IMG/VR virus record: IMGVR_UViG_647533160_000003 | Length of the DNA stretch: 64,000 nt | Direction: 5' to 3' (one strand) | Source: a virus | Lineage: Duplodnaviria > Heunggongvirae > Uroviricota > Caudoviricetes | Shown here: piece after piece, positions 29,659 through 39,138 of the stretch | Numbering within the stretch: position 1 is the first letter of the stretch | Layout: every line of letters starts with the position of its first letter | Position numbers and translations under genes: made by a program | Notes under the pieces: generated by a model | Databases searched by the model: none | Told to the model about the DNA's origin: nothing | Seen by the model: the letters and a program-made list of their open reading frames with translations, nothing else

Positions 29659-30129
29659 GTGAAAGCTGATTTGTCAAAAATCCCTTCTATTTCAGGAAAT
29701 AACGGTTATTCACTTCGTTGTGAGGAAGTAAAGATAAACGGTGAGTCGGCATATTGCAGCTACTCCGTTTGCCAGCACACCATTCTTGCCTTCAAAGAAA
29801 ACCGTCTTCCTCGAACGTCTTTCCAGTCGTGCGCAACCGCTATTAAAGCAGGCAAATGCAAGGCGTTAAAAATGATGGTTGAAGAGATTCGTAAAGGAGA
29901 ATCTCTGTATTACGAAGATATGACCGCACTCATTAAGGAGGTTGAAGAACGGAATAAACAAGCCAGAACTATAAAACGAAAACGTGACAGTGTAACGATT
30001 AATAGCATGGTTAAGAAGAGCGCCACATCACAAACAGCGATCACTGACGTGTATGCGGCGTTGATTGAAGAAACAACAAAAGAAACACATGAGCAAATCG
30101 ATCAACATATGGAGGCAAAACAACAATGA
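29659..30129 (+). CDS. hypothetical protein (156 aa)
   Basis: ORF whose stop overlaps the ligase start; Cys-rich N-terminal part. Confidence 0.4.
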   Translation: MKADLSKIPSISGNNGYSLRCEEVKINGESAYCSYSVCQHTILAFKENRLPRTSFQSCATAIKAGKCKALKMMVEEIRKGESLYYEDMTALIKEVEERNKQARTIKRKRDSVTINSMVKKSATSQTAITDVYAALIEETTKETHEQIDQHMEAKQQ

Positions 30130-31448
30130 AAAAGTTGATCGCACTTAAGCATAAGCTGGACGAAATGAAAGCTATGGGAACCAATGCAAAAAAAGAGGCA
30201 TTGGCCAACATGGATGACTTTGAACAAAGCATGGTTTCATTGATGCTCAACCCTTTCATCCGTTTTGGGGTAAAGAAATACAAAGTGGCAGAGCCGCTTA
30301 GTGAGTCCGTCCCAAGTGACGAAAAAGCCATTGATGTACTGAATAAGCTGGCCTCTCGCGAGCTGACGGGGAACGCAGCAATAGCTGCTGTTGAGTCTAT
30401 CGTGGCGTCAATGTGCGCCGATGGGCAGGACGTCTTCCGTCGTTTCCTCTTAAAAGATCCGAAAGCTGGCGTTGGGATTAGCCTATGCAACAAGGTTTTT
30501 GAAAATCCCATTCCGAAATTCGAGGTGCAGCTGGCGTCACCGTATAAAGAAAAAGGCGACAAATACCCCTTCAAGCCAAACCCTAAAGCAAAATGGCCGA
30601 TGATTGGCAGCCTTAAGCTCGATGGTTTGCGAGTAATTTGCGAGGTTATTGTTGACGAAGAAGAGGTTAACTTCCTTTCTCGTACTGGTAATCCAATCAC
30701 GTCTCTCGATCACCTAAAGCCAGCCATGCTCGAATTAGGCAAACTTTCAGGCCACAAACACATCTTCTTCGATGGTGAAGGCACAGCCGGTTCATTTAAC
30801 CAGTCCGTATCTGCATTGCGCAAAAAGAACGTGCAGGCAATTGGCGCTATTTATCATGTTTTCGACTTCTTCCTACCGGAATGGCGAGCACAGGCTAAAT
30901 CCAAAGAGTATGCAAAGACAGGTATGAAGCTGAAAGAGCGCCTGGCTATGCTCGTGGCGTTGTTCAAAAACGATCGCAGTGAAGGCTACGCACAAGACAT
31001 TCACCTGCATCCGTTCTACATCATCCATAGCCACGAAGACTTCATCGAACGCTTCATGAAACGCCTGGACGATAACGAAGAAGGGGAGATGGGCAAAGAT
31101 CCGAACTCTGTTTACGAGTTTAAACGTACCCGCAGCTGGTGGAAGTTAAAAGACGAAGATTCAGAAGATGGTGAAATTATCGATTTTGAGCCGGGCGACC
31201 CGGACTCTGGTTTTGCCAACACGCTTGGGAAAATTGTTATTCGTCTTGAAAACGGCGTCATCGTTCGTGCGAGCGGCATTAAGCATAAATATCTGGACGA
31301 GATCTGGAACAACAAAGAGAAGTACCGTGGTCGTATTGTCGAGGTTCATTGTCACGAGAAAACACCTGATGGCAGCTTACGCCACCCACGACTGAAATGG
31401 CCGCGTTGCTTACGCGATACCGAAGATCGAATCGGAGATAAAGAATGA
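30126..31448 (+). CDS. ATP-dependent DNA ligase
   Basis: Adenylation motif I KxDG (SLKLDGLRV), motif III-like IFFDGEG, motif V-like WWKLKD. Confidence 0.75.
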   Translation: MKKLIALKHKLDEMKAMGTNAKKEALANMDDFEQSMVSLMLNPFIRFGVKKYKVAEPLSESVPSDEKAIDVLNKLASRELTGNAAIAAVESIVASMCADGQDVFRRFLLKDPKAGVGISLCNKVFENPIPKFEVQLASPYKEKGDKYPFKPNPKAKWPMIGSLKLDGLRVICEVIVDEEEVNFLSRTGNPITSLDHLKPAMLELGKLSGHKHIFFDGEGTAGSFNQSVSALRKKNVQAIGAIYHVFDFFLPEWRAQAKSKEYAKTGMKLKERLAMLVALFKNDRSEGYAQDIHLHPFYIIHSHEDFIERFMKRLDDNEEGEMGKDPNSVYEFKRTRSWWKLKDEDSEDGEIIDFEPGDPDSGFANTLGKIVIRLENGVIVRASGIKHKYLDEIWNNKEKYRGRIVEVHCHEKTPDGSLRHPRLKWPRCLRDTEDRIGDKE

Positions 31449-31660
31449 TCGTATTAAGTAAACGGGAGAAAGAAACGCTTCATGAAATAAGTAAGTGGCC
31501 GGAGTTCCCTGAGTACTGGAAGCCTAAAACGCGAGCTAAGTTAGAGCGTTTAGGGTTGGTTGCAAACGTTTCTGAAACGTGGCGCTCGGCCAACTACCAG
31601 TTAACTGATAAAGGGAAATTATTGCTACAGCAATTAGTAGAATCAGGAGCCTTTAAATGA
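31445..31660 (+). CDS. hypothetical small protein (71 aa)
   Basis: Start overlaps ligase stop; no motif recognised. Confidence 0.35.
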   Translation: MIVLSKREKETLHEISKWPEFPEYWKPKTRAKLERLGLVANVSETWRSANYQLTDKGKLLLQQLVESGAFK

Positions 31661-31805
31661 TTCCATACATCCCATTGGCTTTTATGGCTGGCTTCCTTAT
31701 CGGCTTCGGCATCTGTCATGATTTGATTAAGCAGGAACTTAAAACCAAAACACTGTGCATCGGAAAGCGCGTGTATCGAGTAGTTCATGAAACAAAGGTG
31801 AAAAA

Positions 31806-32096
31806 ATGAGCATGTTAACTTCTTGGGAATGGTGGTTGGTCACCTATTTCTTAGCGGCCGGAGTCGCATTCGCCTTTTACGTAGGTCAGTTAGTCGTAAA
31901 ACTGTTGCTGATTAAATTTGCTAGTCATAAACGTATCGATGATGGTCTGTGGCGTCTTGGCACCCTGGTGGAAACTCGCTACGGGCAACTTAAGGAGAAC
32001 GAAACCATTACTATCCAAGCGAAACAATTCACTGCCACCATCACAAGAACACCTAGTCGTAGAGTGGCCTTGATCAAAAAAGTCACAACCGAATAA
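31806..32096 (+). CDS. hypothetical membrane protein (96 aa)
   Basis: N-terminal hydrophobic helix; last + strand ORF before the noncoding/tRNA region. Confidence 0.35.
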   Translation: MSMLTSWEWWLVTYFLAAGVAFAFYVGQLVVKLLLIKFASHKRIDDGLWRLGTLVETRYGQLKENETITIQAKQFTATITRTPSRRVALIKKVTTE

Positions 32097-32106
32097 AAAT
32101 ACAATA

Positions 32107-32131
32107 ATAAGTATTTACTTACCTATCTTTT
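32107..32131 (+). promoter_or_regulatory. copy of recurrent intergenic dyad motif (ATAAGTA..TACTTACCTATC) upstream of noncoding/tRNA region
   Basis: ATAAGTATTTACTTACCTATC, same family as the motif found upstream of many genes in this window; here it precedes a region with no protein-coding gene. Confidence 0.3.
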
Positions 32132-32873
32132 ATGTATAAGATGACTTTGTTTTCGTTGAGACGCGACTGTTTGAACTTAAATACAAGTGCAAACGAAGAA
32201 GTCTATCTGGCAGTAGCCTAATAAGCCAAACACCAGCGAGGTCAGTTTCCAGCCTCGTTACCGAAATGGGACACACTGAGCGAGTGTGATTGCAGAACGC
32301 AGGAGGGAACATGAGAGTTCCCTCCGATGAAGTAACAGAATGGGCGGTCAGTATATTTTCAACTCATATACGACTCCCGGATTCTTAGCCAATGACCGCC
32401 CATCCTGTTACGTCATTTTGTTCAATTATGTCGTTTATACTGGGTTAAAAAGCGGCGACGTAGCCCGGCTGGTATGGTTAGCCAGCACACAACGTTGAGG
32501 CCATTATATTTTTATCAATTCTAAGGTTCTATTCACAGAGATACCGGCGAGCGTTGATATGTAACATGTTGGGCAAACATTCAATCGGAGTAGTGGCCTC
32601 AACGTTGTGAAGACAGGATTGTTGTATAGGTTTAACCACTGTTGCCATTAGTGCCTGTTTTCACAACAAATGATTCCATACATCACATTGTATAAATTAC
32701 AAAGTAGGTGCTGTCCTCAGAAACATCATCTACTTAAAGATTTTGCCTTCTATTGAGCGAAGTCGAAAACGTCTGGCACTAACGGAAAGTGCCAGTAGCG
32801 GTGTGTTTCCTGGCAGAAACTAACACCGCCGCGATTGGCACTGTTGAGTAATAAATACTGGCAGTGCTGAATT

Positions 32874-32948
32874 GATGGTGTAGCTCAGCGGTAGAGCAGT
32901 TGGCTGTTAACCAACTGGTCGGTGGTTCGAATCCACCCACCATCGCCA
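32874..32948 (+). tRNA. tRNA-Asn (anticodon GTT)
   Basis: Cloverleaf by hand: acceptor GATGGTG/CACCATC, D-arm GCTCAGCGGTAGAGC, anticodon stem GTTGG/CCAAC with loop CTGTTAA, T-arm GGTGG-TTCGAAT-CCACC, encoded 3' GCCA. Confidence 0.8.
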
Positions 32949-32953
32949 ATTTA

Positions 32954-33040
32954 GGGGAGTTAGTCCGTAGAGGTAGCGGGACAGACTGTAAATCTACTGT
33001 CATTGCGACTCGGGTGGTTCGACTCCATCACTCCCCACCA
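32954..33040 (+). tRNA. tRNA-Tyr-like (anticodon GTA), long variable arm, imperfect anticodon stem
   Basis: Acceptor GGGGAGT/ACTCCCC, loop CTGTAAA, long variable arm, T-loop TTCGACT, encoded CCA; anticodon stem has two non-Watson-Crick positions, so it may be atypical or a pseudo-tRNA. Confidence 0.55.
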
Positions 33041-33044
33041 AATT

Positions 33045-33120
33045 GCCGGTTTAGCTCAGTTGGTAGAGCGCCTGCCTTGTAAGCAGGATGTCAGCGGTTC
33101 GAGTCCGTTAACCGGCACCA
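33045..33120 (+). tRNA. tRNA-Thr (anticodon TGT)
   Basis: Acceptor GCCGGTT/AACCGGC, D-arm TAGCTCAGTTGGTAGAGC, anticodon stem CCTGC/GCAGG with loop CTTGTAA, T-arm AGCGG-TTCGAGT-CCGTT, encoded CCA. Confidence 0.8.
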
Positions 33121-33344
33121 ATACAACGATAAGATCATTACGGTTAATCGTCGTTCATGTGCACAATGACTGGTCGAAAGGTAGTGATCTTACCGTTGTG
33201 GTGGATTCGCAGACTGATGCGATAGCTTTCTTGGATGTTAGGGAAATGCGGCCGCAAATCTTCCCTTTCGCGAGCGGTGATCGTCCGTAGTCCTAATTGG
33301 CTGCACCGTATGCCGGAGATTCAGTACCGGCCACCACAACGGCC

Positions 33345-33431
33345 GGAGAGTAGGGAGCATGGTGCTCAAGCGGTCTTGAAAATCGTCCCATTGTGCAAAC
33401 GATGATGGTTCGATTCCATTACTCTCCGCCA
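33345..33431 (+). tRNA. tRNA-Ser (anticodon TGA), class II with long variable arm
   Basis: Perfect 7-bp acceptor GGAGAGT/ACTCTCC, anticodon stem GCGGT/ATCGT with loop CTTGAAA, long variable arm, T-arm GATGG-TTCGATT-CCATT, encoded GCCA. Confidence 0.75.
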
Positions 33432-33588
33432 GACACAGCGTTGAGCGGTTTGGCCTTTTAATCAACTCGATTAAGACTCCGCTAACATAAACCAGACCGC
33501 TCAACGCTGTGATTGACAATTACGGCAGACGTTCTTAACCATAGCTTGCTAACATCCTAGCAACACTTTTTTTCAGCGCAATATTCAA

Positions 33589-33608
33589 AGGGGCTTCGGC
33601 CCCTTTTC
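33589..33608. terminator. GC hairpin with TTCG loop, probable bidirectional terminator
   Basis: AAGGGGCTTCGGCCCCTTTTCTT; on + strand follows the tRNA cluster, on - strand lies right after the stop of the 403-aa gene (33610). Confidence 0.55.
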
Positions 33609-33609
33609 T

Positions 33610-34821
33610 TCAAAAAAGTTTTATAAATTCATAATTCTGGTCAATTAAGGATTCAATACACACCATGCAAAAATCTACATCGTTAAAATCAGGTGTGTAA
33701 TATTCATCCTCATAACATTCATTTAGACCTTCAATCAATTTTTCTTTAAAAACTCCCCACGTTTCAATATGAACCATTTCCATATAAGGCGCATGTGTAT
33801 GTACTTGCAATACATCCCAGGTGTCTATAACCTCGATCCGCGGCTTGCAATTAATTTTTTCTAAATATGCCCTCCCAGAATTGTAAATTTTCGACATTGA
33901 TGCCCCAAAACCTGATGGTTGGTAATGAGTGTAAATGTCATAAATTTTTTGTCCTATTCTAGGGAGTTGAGAAGCATTGGATATTTGTGGCGAATGAAAG
34001 TATCGCTCTATGGAAGAAAACGCAGAAACATTAACTAGAGTAATCGTATATGGTGCTAAAGTTCTCTCGTTCAAATTTCTACATAAAATAGCAAACCCAT
34101 GGCTATTAGTCTTTTCACCGTCTGAGGACATTTTTGCCATGCTGGCTTTAATAACATTCAATTTCGAATGTAAACGAGAAGTGGAAGTCGGTTGATTATA
34201 CATTTCATCATCATACAAACATATATGAAACCCGCCAAGATGACGAAATGAGAACTTGAGTGCTTCTTCCGCAATAACTAATTTATTAATATCTAAAGGA
34301 GTAAGTGATACGTTACCTTGTAAATCATAGCAAGGTTCTAAACATAGAAAGTTTTTCTTCTGCCACACGATCATATTAAAAATAAAGTGTCTAACCAAAG
34401 GTGGCCAGTCAGGTGATATAAGTACATTGGTAATATCTCCATCAGACAAGTATGACAAGTAACTTTTTAGTTCCGCAGCATATGCCACTAGCTCAGTTCC
34501 AGCTTCCCTTGTTGGTGTTGAAAAATTTTTTAACTCAATAAGAACTAAGGATTCATTCTCTGTTGAATAAGCAACGACATCAGGTCTTAATATCTCAGAT
34601 TTTGTTGCTGAGATATTCTCATCATCTGTCATTAAATGTAACAATGTTATGTTCTTTAAACAAAACTGATAACTCTCCTTAATTTTTTTCTCTTCGGGTC
34701 TTTTCGGATTAAATTCATTTAATTTATCAATATTGATGATTGAATTATATAATCCATCTTGATCAGATAATTTGTCAATTATCCAATTTTGCATTTCCTT
34801 TTCGCTTAAAAATATTGACAC
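33610..34821 (-). CDS. hypothetical protein with N-terminal PD-(D/E)xK-like nuclease motif (403 aa); second gene of AT-rich accessory operon
   Basis: Motif RPDVVAYSTENESLVLIELK (aa ~79-99) fits a restriction-endonuclease-like core; hand-counted sample lines are about one-third G+C versus about one-half in neighbouring core genes; 26-nt gap to upstream gene on same strand. Confidence 0.55.
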   Translation of the reverse strand: MSIFLSEKEMQNWIIDKLSDQDGLYNSIINIDKLNEFNPKRPEEKKIKESYQFCLKNITLLHLMTDDENISATKSEILRPDVVAYSTENESLVLIELKNFSTPTREAGTELVAYAAELKSYLSYLSDGDITNVLISPDWPPLVRHFIFNMIVWQKKNFLCLEPCYDLQGNVSLTPLDINKLVIAEEALKFSFRHLGGFHICLYDDEMYNQPTSTSRLHSKLNVIKASMAKMSSDGEKTNSHGFAILCRNLNERTLAPYTITLVNVSAFSSIERYFHSPQISNASQLPRIGQKIYDIYTHYQPSGFGASMSKIYNSGRAYLEKINCKPRIEVIDTWDVLQVHTHAPYMEMVHIETWGVFKEKLIEGLNECYEDEYYTPDFNDVDFCMVCIESLIDQNYEFIKLF

Positions 34822-34847
34822 TAATTAGGCTCCCGTTAAACCAAAAA

Positions 34848-35669
34848 TTAAAAATCTTGCTTTACTTTATCCATGGTCAGAATTTTGCTAATAATTGAAG
34901 ATTCAAATCCATCTAAACCTGAGAGAAAGTTAATTAGCTTTTGGATATGTTGTTCTTTAGGTATAAGTATATATTTTATATCATTGAACTCAAAATCAAT
35001 GCCAAACTTTGAAAATTTTGAGCTAATTTTTGCTTTGTCATCAGAAGTGATAACACGCTCCAAACTCAGACTAGGCCATAAATCACCAATAAAAGGAGCT
35101 GGCACATAACGCCACTCTTTCTCGTCTGCATATATATAATTCTCTATTGTTTTATTATCTTTTCGCTCTAGCTTGCCTCTGTAATTTTTCATATAACGCA
35201 GTAAATTATATAGATCAGAATATTCTGCTTTCAATTTCTCAAACTCTATTCTGTTTTTGGTATCTAAATTTCCTCTAGCCTTCCAAAGCGGCACCAACTT
35301 ATTTTTAATAAGTCGAATTCTGGCATTGTATTTAGAAAATATTTCACTACTCTTATTCATATATAGAACTGGGTGTAGACCTTTCTTTTCCGCCCAAGAC
35401 TTAGTTAGCCCAAGACCGAATTCTCCATATTTTCCGCTATGATCTCTGATTTGTGATAGTTTTATGTCACAAAACGATACCATTGGTACTGCAAACCTCC
35501 TGCGTCCCCCGACTCCTCTTATTTCCTCGCGAGCAAGAAATGGTTTAAAATATTTCTCAGCCAATATGCTATAGAAAGCATCTTCGTTTTTTGTAAAATG
35601 AAACAACGTGGTTGGATGAAGACTATAAACAGATTCAACATTCGCATCAGGATTTTCAAGGATAGTCAT
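34848..35669 (-). CDS. hypothetical protein (approx 273 aa); first gene of AT-rich accessory operon
   Basis: AT-rich ORF co-oriented with the nuclease-motif gene; probable start at Met16 of the track ORF (MTILENPD); no motif recognised. Confidence 0.5.
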   Translation of the reverse strand: MTILENPDANVESVYSLHPTTLFHFTKNEDAFYSILAEKYFKPFLAREEIRGVGGRRRFAVPMVSFCDIKLSQIRDHSGKYGEFGLGLTKSWAEKKGLHPVLYMNKSSEIFSKYNARIRLIKNKLVPLWKARGNLDTKNRIEFEKLKAEYSDLYNLLRYMKNYRGKLERKDNKTIENYIYADEKEWRYVPAPFIGDLWPSLSLERVITSDDKAKISSKFSKFGIDFEFNDIKYILIPKEQHIQKLINFLSGLDGFESSIISKILTMDKVKQDF

Positions 35670-35958
35670 TTTACACCTTGTGGAAAGCCAGTTTAGTTCT
35701 GTAAATAGTATCACACGACAGGCGGCTATTCTTCTATCAATAAATGATAGGTAAGCACTTACTTTTTACGCACGTTAACTGTATAGTTCTTTCGGATACT
35801 CACTTGAAAGGACTCAATATGGGAAATAAATGTAAACATGCGCGTCGCGCATCTCGTCAGGTGCAGAAGTCAAATCCATACATTCACGAGCACTACCACC
35901 TCAGCTCTTTCACTAACCGCTACACGTTCCCCAGCGAAGCGCATAACGAGGCAAAGCA

Positions 35959-36204
35959 ATGACGATCACTATCTATGGACGAGATAACTGCTCATACTGC
36001 AAACGTGCGGTCGAGCTGGCGAAGCAGCTTCACGGTCACGGTTTTGGCGATTACGAATACATCGATATTGTGTCTGCTGGGATAGACAAAGAGAAATTGA
36101 GCGCCCTGGTTGGCAAGCCGGTGGAGACCATACCGCAGGTGTTCGTAAATGGCGAATCTATCGGTGGCTATACGGAATTCGCCGCTCTGGTGAGTACATT
36201 ATAA
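35959..36204 (+). CDS. glutaredoxin-like protein (NrdH/Grx-like, 81 aa)
   Basis: CxxC active site (CSYCKRA) near N-terminus and GGY motif near C-terminus; thioredoxin-fold size; G+C like core phage genes. Confidence 0.75.
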   Translation: MTITIYGRDNCSYCKRAVELAKQLHGHGFGDYEYIDIVSAGIDKEKLSALVGKPVETIPQVFVNGESIGGYTEFAALVSTL

Positions 36205-36209
36205 TTAAG

Positions 36210-36229
36210 AGCCGCTTAGGCGGCTTTTT
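36210..36229. terminator. rho-independent terminator
   Basis: AGCCGCTTAGGCGGCTTTTT after the glutaredoxin-like gene. Confidence 0.65.
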
Positions 36230-36371
36230 ACATGAAAGTGTGCGCTCAAATCAACTATATCTATGAAAAGGACAGTTATAAATATTAAAAATATCTAAAA
36301 TCCCTTCCGATATATGAATTATCAGATTAAAATTTCACACAATGTGCTTTTAATGAGTTATTATTTCACCT

Positions 36372-36996
36372 NNNNNNNNNNNNNNNNNNNNNNNNNNNNN
36401 NNNNNNNNNNNNNNNNNNNNNNNNNNNNNNNNNNNNNNNNNNNNNNNNNNNNNNNNNNNNNNNNNNNNNNNNNNNNNNNNNNNNNNNNNNNNNNNNNNNN
36501 NNNNNNNNNNNNNNNNNNNNNNNNNNNNNNNNNNNNNNNNNNNNNNNNNNNNNNNNNNNNNNNNNNNNNNNNNNNNNNNNNNNNNNNNNNNNNNNNNNNN
36601 NNNNNNNNNNNNNNNNNNNNNNNNNNNNNNNNNNNNNNNNNNNNNNNNNNNNNNNNNNNNNNNNNNNNNNNNNNNNNNNNNNNNNNNNNNNNNNNNNNNN
36701 NNNNNNNNNNNNNNNNNNNNNNNNNNNNNNNNNNNNNNNNNNNNNNNNNNNNNNNNNNNNNNNNNNNNNNNNNNNNNNNNNNNNNNNNNNNNNNNNNNNN
36801 NNNNNNNNNNNNNNNNNNNNNNNNNNNNNNNNNNNNNNNNNNNNNNNNNNNNNNNNNNNNNNNNNNNNNNNNNNNNNNNNNNNNNNNNNNNNNNNNNNNN
36901 NNNNNNNNNNNNNNNNNNNNNNNNNNNNNNNNNNNNNNNNNNNNNNNNNNNNNNNNNNNNNNNNNNNNNNNNNNNNNNNNNNNNNNNNNNNNNNNN
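36372..36996. other. run of 625 N (assembly gap or masked sequence)
   Basis: Uninterrupted n characters; ORFs translated as X across it are artefacts. Confidence 0.99.
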
Positions 36997-37760
36997 GAAA
37001 TGTTTCTACCACGGTGATAATCCATTCCATAAACCGAATCAATTCCTGAGTTCACTATCTTCATCTGAATTTCAAAAAAATCATTATTTAAATCAAAGTA
37101 AACAATAGGGACCTCATATCTTCTGCTAGAAAAATCCATTGGTGATAGATAGTTAAGACCATTTGCACTGACCTTCACTTGAATTCCAGCCTGTATACCT
37201 GAATTCGACGTTGGAGCAGAAATAAGTAATTGAGAAAGTGGGTCTCGTTTGTCTATCCACACAATGTCCCGTTGAGTATCATTAGGTTGATATTTAGTAG
37301 GATAGTTAATTTTCGTATAGTTGAGTCCAGTCCCAACAGCTTTATAATTAGACAAACTATCTGTGAAAGGGGTATATCTCTTTGCTAATAATGCCCAGTT
37401 TTCATTTTGTTTCGCGTTTTTTTCACATTCTTCAACAATGAGTGCTTCCGCAATTTTACCTAATATTCTCATAGTTGTTTTATGGGGATCTAGTTCGATA
37501 ATGATGTTTGACTTGATCACTCCTTCTTCATTAATACCAACAAGACCTAACTCTTTATCCATGAGTTCAAATAAATTTTCCCCATGCTCAATTGCTAACA
37601 AAGCTGAAGGTCGTGATAATAATGAAGAGTTATTCCAATCTCCGAGGGAGATATCCAGACCTAAATCAATACCTTTAGTCGTCACTACTAGCTGAGGTTT
37701 GGGAGGCGTAGCCCCTAATAACTCAGATAGCGTGTTGACTTCCGGTGTCTCTTTTATCAT
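36997..37760 (-). CDS. hypothetical protein, 5' portion only (3' end lost in N run)
   Basis: AT-rich minus-strand ORF starting MIKETPEV at 37760 and running into the N run after at least 254 codons; no motif recognised. Confidence 0.45.
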
Positions 37761-38034
37761 TTTTCTTATCCTGTTGCAGCGATCGCATGACAATACTATA
37801 AAACCAGCCATTTTCAAGTAAATCAATTACCTTTTAGGTGATGAAGATAAAAGTGAAGCCAACCCCTCCGTTCGAAAAGATAGATTCAAAAAAATCGCCC
37901 CCCAATGATTCCATACCTACTATGTATGGAATCATTACTGAAAATGAGTTACTTTTACTCTTGATCCTATAAGAATCTATGCCTAATATACTGTTTACTT
38001 ATACAGTGCATCGGCGTAACTCGGTGATTGTCAT

Positions 38035-39138
38035 ATGAAAAATAGCTTTGACAGAGCACGCGCTGCGGAGAACACCTCAAAAGAGGCGATTGAGTATCTC
38101 GAAAGAGCATCTCAAATGCAGGCCGTTATGATCTCCCAGGTCAGCAATGACATGAGATTCTCGGACGCATTCATGTTATTCACTCGCTTATCTCTGCTGA
38201 TAACAAGACGTCGGCCAGAGATCGCTGTTCATTGTATTTTGATACATGTTTTGCCGCACATTGCCGATGTAAAAGTAAGTGATATTAATAGGTTCATGGT
38301 GAACCAACTGGTCAACCCACTAATACTGGATGGCAAAATTGTTATGGGTCGCCGCGTTTTCTCTCTGATGAAGCAGTTCCTCAGCTGGTGCGCCTTCCAG
38401 GGGATGATCGACGTGTCACCGTTAAACGATATGTCACTTAACAAAGTTGCCGGTGGCGCAAAGCCCACACCTCGCGAGCGGAAGCTGACCGACGCAGAGG
38501 TATGGGTGTTCTGGAATATATGGGACTACTTCAATGTGTGTGCTGGTACAAAATGGGCGGCCAGGCTATGTCTTGTATCCGCAAGACGACCTGACGAAGT
38601 ACTGCGGGCTAAAAAAAGTGAGTTCAATCTTAAGCGTGGGGTTTGGAATCAAGGCAAGAGGAACAAATCTGCCCGTGAGCATTCTCTGCCTTTAAGCTCA
38701 TTAATGCGCACATGTATTGAAGAGTTGTTCGAATATGGTAAAGACAGCCAGTGGCTCGTGCCTTCGAATAAAAAAATCGGGAAAGACCTTCCTATGTCTA
38801 AAGTGGCAATAGCCCAGGCATTACGTCGTATTCTGGAACGACCAGAACTGATGGAGCTTGAGCCATTTACACCCCGAGATTTGCGCCGTACTGCGCGTAG
38901 TTACTTCCCAGCATTAGGCATAAGCCAGGAGGTATCACGTAAAATCATGAACCACAGTCTTGAGGGGATAGATCGGGTCTACGACCGGCACGATTATATG
39001 GACGAGATGCGAGACGCCTTAGAAAGTTTCTCGACGTACATCGCATCAATCGTAGAGCAACCGGATTTAGACGAAATTGACCACAAATTTAAGGGAGATC
39101 GTCTATCAACAGAGCTTATTCGTGTAAATTTTTCATAG
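38035..39138 (+). CDS. int: tyrosine recombinase / integrase (P4-like family)
   Basis: C-terminal catalytic blocks: R in VSARRPDEV, FTPRDLRRTARS (box II-like), NHSLEGIDRVYDRHDY containing the likely Tyr nucleophile. Confidence 0.75.
   Translation: MKNSFDRARAAENTSKEAIEYLERASQMQAVMISQVSNDMRFSDAFMLFTRLSLLITRRRPEIAVHCILIHVLPHIADVKVSDINRFMVNQLVNPLILDGKIVMGRRVFSLMKQFLSWCAFQGMIDVSPLNDMSLNKVAGGAKPTPRERKLTDAEVWVFWNIWDYFNVCAGTKWAARLCLVSARRPDEVLRAKKSEFNLKRGVWNQGKRNKSAREHSLPLSSLMRTCIEELFEYGKDSQWLVPSNKKIGKDLPMSKVAIAQALRRILERPELMELEPFTPRDLRRTARSYFPALGISQEVSRKIMNHSLEGIDRVYDRHDYMDEMRDALESFSTYIASIVEQPDLDEIDHKFKGDRLSTELIRVNFS

Noticed and set aside
32488-32609. Long inverted repeats considered as a retron msr/msd-like structure
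   Set aside because: No reverse transcriptase ORF anywhere in the window; the hairpins are reported only as unexplained RNA or DNA structures.
32900-33290. ORFs 32900-33082 and 33003-33290 overlapping the tRNA genes
   Set aside because: They overlap clear tRNA cloverleaves; far more likely spurious.
36314-37108. ORFs on both strands translated largely as X across 36372-36996
   Set aside because: They exist only because the N run has no stop codons; not evidence of coding.
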